In this document: positions 53,554 through 64,000 of the stretch, one piece after another
How the letters are laid out: every line of letters starts with the position of its first letter
Position numbering within the stretch: the first letter of the stretch is position 1
Origin: Octopus sinensis
Taxonomy: Eukaryota
DNA: 64,000 nucleotides
Direction of reading: 5' to 3'
Assembly: GCF_006345805.1 (NCBI RefSeq)
Contig: NC_043020.1
Coordinates: forward strand, 23,560,001-23,624,000
Program-made: the position numbers and the translations under genes
The notes under the pieces: model-generated
Seen by the model: the letters and a program-made list of their open reading frames with translations, nothing else
Databases searched by the model: none
What the model was told of the DNA's origin: nothing

Positions 53554-54750
53554 CAGACATGCAGGAAGTAAAACAAACACCTTTAATTTTCAAACTTTCT
53601 GATCTAAGCGTCTTAATATGTTTTCAGCGGTGTAGAATTTACAATGTAATTATTCTTTTTCATTCTAGGTACAAATATATTAAACATTTGCGAAGTGTAA
53701 CCATGCCACGCAAAAGATTTCAGCAGAACTGTCAGATTGTTGGGCAATCTGAAGCTGGTCTTAGCCAACAAAAAATTGCCGAAAATCTTCAAATTCCTCT
53801 TGCTACTGTTAACAGAATCATAATGCAATTCAAAAGTCAAGGAAAATAATCAACAGATTCTCGTCCCAGCCGCTAGAATGCTTCTGACATTGCAAAACAG
53901 CTAGAAGTTAGTCAAAGAACGTGTATTACATATCTGTATAAGCTTGAGTATTCTGGACGAGCAGCTAGAAGAAAACCTTTCCTTCAACCAATTAATATCA
54001 TAAACAGAAAGTATTGGGCTAAGGAGATGTCAGAAAAAGCCAGTTCATTTTGGGATAGAGTGATTTTCTCAGATGAATCCAGATTTGCATTATTTTCAGA
54101 CAGTGGATGTGTTTGTGTCTGGAGGCTTCCCAGTCAAGAATTTGATTTGAAATGACTCCAAACAACTGTGAAACGTGGCGGTGTCTCTGTAATGGTATGG
54201 GGAGCTGTCACCAGCAATGGTCGTTCTGAGCTGATCGAATGTGTTGAAACCATAAATTCTGAAAAATACATCGAAATACTTAAGCAATGATTACTTCCCA
54301 TGTATTCACACGATACCATAACGAAAAATGGGTTTTTAGTCATGGAAGATGGGGTTCCATGACACACAACGAAAATGAAACAACAATGGCTGACTAAAAA
54401 TGGTGTCGAAAAGCTTCCTTGGCCGAGCTAATCTCCTGACATGGACCCAAGTGAAAATATTTGGAGCATACTAGATAGAGCTACACGAAAATCTCGACAT
54501 AAACCTAAATCTAAAAATGAATTTTTTCGATTGTTGCGTGAAAAGTGGGCATAAATTCCACAAAAGACAATCACAAAGCCCATCAGTTCAAAGCCAAAAA
54601 GAATTTCTGAGTTAAAAACTTCAAAGGGAATGTCAACTAAATGCTAAAGAATGTAGTCCTACCTATCGATTTATATTTCAATTGTTCGCTTTGCGTATTA
54701 AATAAAAGATTCTGAAAATTAAAGGTGTCTATTTACTTCCTGCATGTCTG
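53554..54750 (+). mobile_element. Tc1-family DNA transposon (1197 bp), inactivated DD34E-type transposase 53703-54647
   Basis: TIRs CAGACATGCAGGAAGTAAA..CACCTTTAATTTTCA, TA TSD; motifs VIFSDES, VMVWG, MEDG, WPS*SPDMDPSENIW; several stops and an internal deletion. Confidence 0.93.
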
Positions 54751-56317
54751 TATATACATATATAGAAATGGAACTATATATGTATGTATATATTAAGAAG
54801 GAGAGAGACAGAGACAGAGACAGAGACAGAGAGAAAGATATATATATATATCATGAATATCGCCGCTTTATAATCATTCTTCGAAACCTATCAAAATTCC
54901 TGGTAAATGAATTTTTTCCATTTTTAATTATTTCTTTTTCACTCGATTAGTAAATATGTTTCTTTACTACCCACAAGGGGCTAAACACAGAGTGGACAAA
55001 CAAACGGATTAAGTTGATTACATCGACCCCAGTGCGTAACTGGTACTTATTTTATCGACCCCGAAAGGATGAAAGGCAAAGTCGACCTCAGCGGAATTTG
55101 AACCCAGAACGTAACGGCCGGCGAAATACGGCTACTCATTTCGCCCGGCGTGCTAACGTTAGTGAAAAACATATGCTAAATAGAAACCGTAAAATATCAA
55201 AGCTCAGTAACCATAAATACCACAGAAAGATTGCGTTTCCGTATTGTAAGCCATTATATACAATCTGTTTTACTGTTCCGACTCGACAAAGTATTACTTC
55301 AACGGTTTGTTTTAAAACATTCATCAGAAATATTACACACTTTCCCCTCGAACGTAACTATGGAAAATTATTGACACAAAAGCAAACAAAATCACTAACT
55401 GAGAATGAGTTAACTTTGTTATTAAGCAAAGTACTGGGGCCTAGTCACTAGATACAAAGTTGTCCGACATTCTCCATCTGTTTCCTCCTCCTCATCATCA
55501 TCGTCGTCATCATCATAACCGTCATCCTCATCATTGCTAACATCATCATCATCAAGCATTTCTGTCTCGAGTCCCTGGACTCGGAGAGTCGGTTACCCCT
55601 TTTCCCTAGCGTATAAGCGTTCGAGAGCCGAACGTAACCCTGAACAGGATGTTAGCCCATCGGAGGGTTATTCATTTAAAGCTGATGGAATTGGAGTGAC
55701 GTGAAACGAAGTGTTTCGCTCAAGAAACGCAAGGCACTACACGGATTGGGAATCGAAACCACAACATTGCAATCGCCGGTGCTGCAATCTAAACACTAGT
55801 CTACACGCCTTCACAATGTGGTTCGCAACGCTCTTAAACATTACGCAATTGTCATCAAACCGTGTCATGCAGCGTACAATAAAATTATATAGGAAAACAT
55901 TTGCAACCAATGAATCTATACTCTACAGAATGGACAAGTAGTAAAACACGGAGATTAAATAAATAACTGATAGTTAAAAGGTAAAATAAACGCCAAAATA
56001 AAATACATTGATAAAATATATATAAGATCTTTACTGGTCACACGCTACATCATTCACTTTTGCAATGCTTCGTATAAAAAAAAGACATAAGCATCACTTT
56101 ATACAAGAGAGAACACGATGATGCGGAATACGGAGGTTTCACTCTTGCAAACAGGAAAAGAATTCTTGAGGAAATAGGAAAAAATATCTTGCTTAAAAAG
56201 ATAAAAATTGACAGTCGTGTTGTCGGGAAATCGTGTTTTAAAGTTGAGGTGTTGTTACACACAGGTACACACGCCAACACATAATGTAGATAGAAACGAA
56301 ACATATGTGTATATATG

Positions 56318-56349
<32 letters not shown>

Positions 56350-56468
56350 CGTGCGTGTGTGCATGGATGAATATATAAGTATTAAGTATATACCTTAACT
56401 ACATTTATATTTTTATACCTGTAGATTTATAAATATACGTGCTCCTATATCTATATGCATGTATATAT

Positions 56469-56512
<44 letters not shown>

Positions 56513-56726
56513 ATGTATGTATATATATATGCATGTATATATACATATATATATCTGTGTGTGTGTATGCATACATGTATTTATGTATGTATATTATGCA
56601 CATACACGTATAAATATAAATGAACGTGTGTGAGTGCTTAACTATATACATAGATATATATTTGTATATACTTACATACATCCACACAGATACACATATA
56701 TGCATGTTTATATATACATACACACA

Positions 56727-56801
<75 letters not shown>

Positions 56802-57018
56802 AGAGATATATGGACGCATTTACATACATGTATGTATATATATATAAACATACATATATGTATTTATATACATATATATATATGCATTCAAGTGTATATA
56901 TGTGCATATGTATATCTACGTACCCACACACATATATATGCATGTAGCTATTTATCGTACAAATATGTTTATATATACTGCAATTCACACACACATACAC
57001 CCAAACACTTACACACAA

Positions 57019-57050
<32 letters not shown>

Positions 57051-57539
57051 GAAAGTTATTTAATTTGACATTATCCTCTTATCTCATGCCGTCGTTCGTT
57101 CCAAATCGCAAATCAAAAGAACAGAACAAACCATAAAGTAAATCCACAAAAGAAAATAAATATTACAAAGCTATCCATTCTTCGTGCTTCATCGATTAAT
57201 TATTTTCTAGATTCAGATATCGATACGCTATCACTCAGCTCCAATCAACTGTCAATGGGACACAATGGATAAACTATATACAATGTGCCAACATAGTTCA
57301 ATAAATATTCCTTGACAATTCCTATCGTACGTCTTCTCTATTAAACTCCAATGCGTACATACATACATACATACATACATACATACATACATACACACAT
57401 ATATACATACAGGCGTAGATACATACATGCATATGTGTGTGTGCGTGTGTGTGTATGTTTGTGTGAGCGTGTGTACGTGTTTGTGTTTTTGCTTTTTCAC
57501 AGAGACAATATGTATGTTTCCAAACATAACTTCTGTTTA

Positions 57540-57599
57540 TTATTGGTGTTGTTGTTGTTGTGGTTATTATTATTATTATTATTAATATTATTATTATCC

Positions 57600-57636
<37 letters not shown>

Positions 57637-57637
57637 T

Positions 57638-57668
<31 letters not shown>

Positions 57669-57690
57669 CTATTATTATTTTTATTATTAC

Positions 57691-57736
<46 letters not shown>

Positions 57737-57764
57737 ATTATTATTATTATTATTATTATTATTA

Positions 57765-57808
<44 letters not shown>

Positions 57809-57882
57809 ATTATTTTTATTATTTTTATTATTACTATTATTATTATTATTATTAATATTATTTTTATTATTATCATTATTAC

Positions 57883-57940
<58 letters not shown>

Positions 57941-57968
57941 ATTATTTTTATTATTTTTATTATTACTA

Positions 57969-58029
<61 letters not shown>

Positions 58030-58030
58030 C
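57540..58030. repeat. About 490-bp (ATT)n/(ATC)n microsatellite
   Basis: Direct reading. Confidence 0.95.
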
Positions 58031-58035
58031 ATTAC

Positions 58036-58420
58036 GCTAAAGAGGGTTGCCCGTTCGAGACAAATTCTTCGAGCATGGAAGTGCCAACAGCCGAACCTCC
58101 CCGAGGTGCTTGCACTGGAACGAAATCGTCCTGCATGCAATAATTCATACATTAGAAATTGTGTGCAGCAGCAGTTGTTGTTGCATGTAAAACGAATTCA
58201 GCTGTCAGCCCAGTGTACAGTGAAGATCGACGCACCACTTTCCCTTAGCAGAGAAGGAAAGCAAATCACTCTCTCCCTACTTAGTGGCTGTGGCAGAAGA
58301 GGCTGTGTGGCGGACCCGTCTGAAAGGTTTGAAGACATGCACGTTCCTATCTGGTCAAGTCCTCAGTTTATTCAAATTTCATTTGAAGAGGAAGGTGAGG
58401 GTAAATAGAGAGAGAGAGAG
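58036..58420 (+). mobile_element. Degenerate 3' ORF2 fragment of the Tx1/L1 family seen at 18977-22151
   Basis: VWRTRLKGLKTCTFLSGQVLSLFKFHLKRKVRV vs IWWTRLKGLETNTFLSGQSLINFFKYHLKRKVRV. Confidence 0.8.
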
Positions 58421-58607
58421 GTGCTGCCTGCTAGTGTGCTTATCAAATGCACTATTATATTTATTTCTTTATTGCATACAGGGGGCTAAACAGAGGGGAC
58501 AAACAAGGACAGACAAACGGATTAAGTCGATTATATCGACCCCAGTGCGTAACTGGTACTTAATTTATCGACCCCGAAAGGATGAAAGGCAAAGTCGACC
58601 TCGGCGA

Positions 58608-58657
<50 letters not shown>

Positions 58658-59565
58658 TATATATATATATATGCTGCTTCACCGCCGAAATATACACATA
58701 CATATACATATGAGTGTATAAACACATACATATACATATGACTGTATAAACACTTACATAGAAATATATGCATATGCCCGTTTATATACTCATATATACA
58801 TATACACATTAATGCACTTATATTAATATATATGCTTGCTTTCTAGGCGAACCAGTGCCTACAGAACGGCGTCTCTCTCGATTAAATTTTTAGCCTTAAA
58901 GTATGTTTTAAAAGATAATTAGTTGATCCATTAAACTTTAAATGCTTTATTTGTCATATTCATCGATTTGCTATCTGGAGATGTCTTTAGATGCAGTTCC
59001 AGAAGACGTTTTACAAACACTGGGACGCGTGTAAGAATGGGTGTAAAATGTTTAGCGCACAAAGCTCTTGACAAATAAAACTGGCGCCATTTTAACTGTT
59101 TCATTATGACAGTGATATGGCCAATTTTTTGCTTTTGTCTTTGTTTTTATTGGTGCTTTTGTGTTGCAGAAATGAATCGTCAATCGCATTAAAAATATTG
59201 GAGATATAGGTGATTTCGAGATATTCAATAAATCATTGTAAATGGTTTCTTTATCTGCAGTGAGTAATGGAACGTGTTTTGAGAGTGAATTAAAGTAATG
59301 TTGCTCGTCCTTTGTTGTTGAAGATGTAAACAGCTACGTTGTTACTTGTAAAGAATAAGACTTCTAATCGGATGCAATCAGAAGCTGGAGGTTACGTCAG
59401 TGTTACTGTTAGAATTCTATCCTGGGTGCAGAAGATACGGTTTCGAATTACGCAGGTAACCCTTGCTTTTTTTTTTCTATCCAGAGGTTAATAAATTCAA
59501 TATAATTACATACTGTTATTATCAGCATCTTAATCGACGCACATCTCTATTCATATCACATTACA

Positions 59566-59602
<37 letters not shown>

Positions 59603-59800
59603 TAGCGATAAATTTCTATTGAATTTTTTTGCTACCCTAAATTGACTAATTGATAATTTTCTGAATAATTCTGAGATTGAATCGGCAGTTTATATTTACT
59701 GCTGATAAGTTTGCCGCGAATACGTCAGTCTTGAAAATTTTAAGACAGATATTCCGTAGGCATCGATACAGACGCCTCGTGTATATTTGTCTCTCCCAGG

Positions 59801-59902
59801 TTTTTTACTGATGAAGTGTAACCTATGGTAGATTAGCTTAATTTAATTTAATTAAGCTAATTTAATCATTAATGACACAGAAACGTTGCAACGTCTAAAA
59901 GA
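59801..59902 (+). ncRNA. Type I hammerhead ribozyme with extended stem II, monomer 1
   Basis: TTTTTTA-CTGATGA-A-GTGT..[12-bp hairpin]..ACAC-A-GAAAC-GTTGCAAC-GTC-TAAAAGA; predicted cut after 59895. Confidence 0.82.
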
Positions 59903-60274
59903 TGAATTAGGGTAAATGTTTTTAAATTTTCACCTAATTTCTGAATTACTACTACTTGGCGGTGTGAGTTATGGCTGCTCTTTCTGGTGGACGAATGACC
60001 TGTTAGGGTCACTCCTAAATTGTTATATTTATATATTTAGTCGATGACTATTTTCTCTTTTCCACCAGGCCGCTGGTAGCGATAAATTTCTATTGAATTT
60101 TTTTGCTACCCTAAATTGACTAATTGATAATTTTCTGAATAATTCTGAGATTGAATCGGCAGTTTATATTTACTGCTGATAAGTTTGGCGCGAATACGTC
60201 AGTCTTGAAAATTTTAAGACAGATATTCCGTAGGCATCGATACAGACGCCTCGTGTATATTTGTCTCTCCCAGG

Positions 60275-60376
60275 TTTTTTACTGATGAAGTGTAACCTAT
60301 GGTAGATTAGCTTAATTTAATTTAATTAAGCTAATTTAATCATTAATGACACAGAAACGTTGCAACGTCTAAAAGA
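60275..60376 (+). ncRNA. Type I hammerhead ribozyme, monomer 2
   Basis: Identical motif; predicted cut after 60369. Confidence 0.82.
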
Positions 60377-60745
60377 TGAATTAGGGTAATGTTTTTAAAT
60401 TTTCACCTAATTTCTGAATTACTACTACTTGGCGGTGTGAGTTATGGCTGCTCTTTCTGGTGGACGAATGACCTGTTAGGGTCACTCCTAAATTGTTATA
60501 TTTATATATTTAGTCGATGACTATTTTCTCTTTTCCACCAGGCCGCTGGTAGCGATAAATTTCTATTGAATTTTTTTGCTACCCTAAATGACTAATTGAT
60601 AATTTTCTGAATATTCTGAGATTGAATCGGCAGTTTATATTTACTGCTGATAAGTTTGGCGCGAATACGTCAGTCTTGAAAATTTTAAGACAGATATTCC
60701 GTAGGCATCGATACAGACGCCTCGTGTATATTTGTCTCTCCCAGG

Positions 60746-60847
60746 TTTTTTACTGATGAAGTGTAACCTATGGTAGATTAGCTTAATTTAATTTAATTAA
60801 GCTAATTTAATCATTAATGACACAGAAACGTTGCAACGTCTAAAAGA
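60746..60847 (+). ncRNA. Type I hammerhead ribozyme, monomer 3
   Basis: Identical motif; predicted cut after 60840. Confidence 0.82.
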
Positions 60848-60968
60848 TGAATTAGGGTAAATGTTTTTAAATTTTCACCTAATTTCTGAATTACTACTAC
60901 TTGGCGGTGTGAGTTATGGCTGCTCTTTCTGGTGGACGAATGACCTGTTAGGGTCACTCCTAAATTGT

Positions 60969-61037
<69 letters not shown>

Positions 61038-61041
61038 ATAT

Positions 61042-61094
<53 letters not shown>

Positions 61095-61887
61095 AACGGG
61101 AAGGTTTACGAAAATAAACCAAAGACGAGGGGAGGTGGAGTACAAACAAACAAATGTATTAGTATATATATATATAGTGAATCCAAACAGAGAGGGCAGG
61201 GAAGGACAAACAAGAATAGACCATAACGCGAGGACGTGGTACAAGTACTGTATCAGAACAATAAATAATTCTCTTTTCGAACGTATCTCGCGTTTTACGC
61301 AAAACTTTAAATAACAGCATATGAGTATCGGGTTAAAAATCCCATTTTGGATAGAAAACGTCGAAGGCTGCTCGTACGTCTCGAAGCCCCTTTCCTTGTA
61401 CACATGACAGACGTTCTACCATTGGACTAAAGCAACCCTTTGTAATTCTTCTGTCCATTTTAGAAATTTTATTCGAGAATAGTACGTCATAAACTTTCCA
61501 GAAAACGTGAAATATCTATTTTGGGGGGGAATACTGGCTTTTCAGGAATAAAACGCCTGTCATGTATTCAGAAGACGTAGGTTCAAGTATCACGAGCAGC
61601 CTTCAAAGGGGATTTTCAGCCCAATATTTACATTATATCATTGTTAATTTTCTGAGATTCGAAAGCCACTATTTCAAAACCTGATTATATATAGATTATT
61701 TACAGTATTTAAATTATTCACATTTGACGGATATTTGTCCTCATCTTGTTTGTTGCTATCACAACACTTTTGGGCTGTTATATCCTCCAGCCTTCATTAT
61801 AAGTCTTGGGGACCACTACGCTACGCTATATGCCCACGGGCATATGACATAGTGGTTAAGATTCCGAATTCGATTCCAGGCAGTGAG

Positions 61888-62005
<118 letters not shown>

Positions 62006-62060
62006 TAATAACATCAAAACATACCTTAGGAATGAGAACCGAGGTTCGAAATTTCCCCAA

Positions 62061-62106
62061 GACACCTGATGAAAGCTGGAGGGTATATCAGCCGAAACGT
62101 TGTGTT
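62061..62106 (+). ncRNA. Minimal type I hammerhead (no stem III loop)
   Basis: GACAC-CTGATGA-AA-GCTG-GAGGGTATAT-CAGC-C-GAAAC-GTT-GTGTT; degenerate inverted copy at 61724-61812. Confidence 0.7.
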
Positions 62107-62344
62107 AACGACAAACAAGATGAGGACAAACATCCGTCAAATGTAAACAATATAATAATGTAAATACTGCACATAATTCCTCATCCCTTAAATATAGAAC
62201 TGTATGATTATATGTGTGTGTATGTGCGTGTATATGTGTGTGTTTGTGTTTCTATGCCACGCTACGCATTAACATAATATAGTAAATTGAAAGATAACCC
62301 AATACTTTTCAATAGCGTAAAATTTTTTTAATTTTACAAGGTGT

Positions 62345-62762
62345 AGGAGTGGTTGTGTGGTAAGTAGCTTGCTTACCAACTACATGGTTCTGGGTTCAGT
62401 CCTACTGCGTGGCATCTTGGGCAAGTGTCTTCTGCTATAGCCTCGGGCCGACCAAAGCCTTGTGAGTGGATTTGGTAGATGGAAACTGAAAGAAGCCTGT
62501 CGTATATATGTATATATATATATATATATATGTGCGTGTGTATGTGTGTATATGTTTGTGTGTCTGTTTGACCCCCCCCCCCCCAACATCGCTTGACAAC
62601 CGATGCTGGTGTGTTTAGTTCCCCATAACTTAGCAGTTCGGCAAAAGAGACCGATAGAATAAGCACAAGGTTTACAAAGAATAAGTTCTGGGGTCGATTT
62701 GCTCGACTAAAGACGGTGCTCAAGCATGGCCGCATTCAAATGACTGAAACAAGTAAAAGAGT
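62345..62762 (+). mobile_element. SINE family A, full length
   Basis: tRNA-like head, CORE-like segment, TA tract, tail AAACAAGTAAAAGAG. Confidence 0.87.
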
Positions 62763-63286
62763 CAGGAAAAATGTCAGTGCTAATTTTAGCTCAGTCGCCT
62801 GATTGATTGATTGATTGATTGATTGATAGAAAGATAGACAGACAGACAGACAGTGACACATCGTATATAGTCAAGGAAAATCGTATTTTTAGCTTAGAAA
62901 ATTGCAATTATATATTTGTCAAGTTTTTACAAGTGTTTATTCCACAATTCTTTATAAAATTCGCATAAAAAAACACGACATAGATTTCTTAAGTTCATTA
63001 TCGGATAAGCAGTGCAATTACTAACGTATAATTAGCTTAGCATGCATCTCAGCGTATTCTCTATTATATAAGCTAGACTGCATGCCTTTACATTTATCGT
63101 TTCATGGTTGGCAGGGGGTGCAAAATGTGTACTTACGAATGTGTGTGCGCGTGACATATGCTTTCAGGAATATTTCTCGCCTGAATTAAATGAGAATTCT
63201 TTTTAATGCCGAAAACTGACGTTACCAATCAATCATTCGAGAAATGTTGGCGCAGAAGGCTACTGAAAAAGAAAAATCTGCGCGGT

Positions 63287-63299
63287 GATGATGATGATA

Positions 63300-63333
<34 letters not shown>

Positions 63334-63782
63334 CGCTGATGATGATGATGATGATGATGATGATGACGACGATGATGATGATGATGATGACGATGATGAT
63401 GATGATGATGATGATGATGACAACGATGATGATGATGATGAAGAGGAAGAGTACGAGGAGGTGGTAGAGGAGGAGCAGGTGGGGAAGGAGGAGGACAGGA
63501 GGAGGAGGAGAAGGAGGAGGAAGATGACGTTGATGAGAATGCTGGTGACGACGATGACGACGACGATGATGAGGATGGTGATGATGAAGACGTTGCTGAT
63601 AAAAGCGACCACCAAAACGACGATGGTGATGATGATGATAGTGATGATGATGCTGATGATAGTGATGATGGTGATGATGAATGATGATGATGATGGTGGT
63701 GATGATGATGATGATGATGATGAGGATGATGATAATGATGATGATGATGACGAGGACTGTGTTGATGGTGATGATGATGAAG
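63287..63782. repeat. Compound (GAT)n/(GAG)n microsatellite
   Basis: Direct reading. Confidence 0.9.
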
Positions 63783-64000
63783 GAGTCATAGTATATATAT
63801 ATATTGTATAAACGTATAATTATGGCGGACAGCAATGATTCGGAGAATCTGCACGGTATTTTTTACACACGGATAATTTATAGCGGTGTATTCAGTGCTG
63901 AAACTAATGAACGACTTGATTTTTGCAGGAAATTTAATGATAATTATTTTTATTTATTTATTTATTTAGTGTATGAAATGCTTCAGTATTTGTTCTTCCA

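Larger units (their letters stand above)
59601..60968 (+). repeat. Head-to-tail array of 474-bp monomers (2.9 copies) in (TA)n, one HHR per monomer
   Basis: Monomer starts 59601, 60075, 60548; near-identical copies. Confidence 0.95.

Noticed and set aside
57322-58408. 229-282-aa poly-Ile/Leu ORFs
   Set aside because: (ATT)n read-through into a LINE fragment
59694-59731. Second HHR-like string CTGATAAG..CGAATACGTC in the 474-bp monomer
   Set aside because: G8 and GAAA both altered; stem II and stem I are weak
63206-63811. 201-aa Asp/Glu-rich ORF
   Set aside because: (GAT)n/(GAG)n repeat open in several frames; no domain or splice support

Overview
AT-rich eukaryotic DNA, almost certainly an Octopus (cephalopod) genome given the SINE repertoire and microsatellite load (inference, no search run). 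No host protein-coding exon could be supported. Almost all ORFs in the supplied track are microsatellite or SINE read-through. The window is a patchwork of tRNA-derived SINEs, microsatellites, a 5'-truncated Tx1/L1-clade LINE in (TAGA)n, RTE, CR1/L2-like and R4/Dong-like LINE fragments, Tc1/mariner, hAT and Helitron remnants. The main unexplained signal is roughly 15-20 type I hammerhead ribozyme (HHR) motifs from about 8-10 sequence-unrelated, protein-less repeat families resembling Penelope-like (PLE) termini or non-LTR retrozymes. They include two head-to-tail arrays with one HHR per monomer (about 541 bp x4.1 at 13161-15390; 474 bp x2.9 at 59601-60968) and a 358-bp 1.5-mer whose inversion breakpoint is 1 nt from the predicted self-cleavage site of a U3:A8 covariant HHR (25451-26104). 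Several fold-back palindromes are also present. All folds were derived by eye and need computational and in vitro confirmation.
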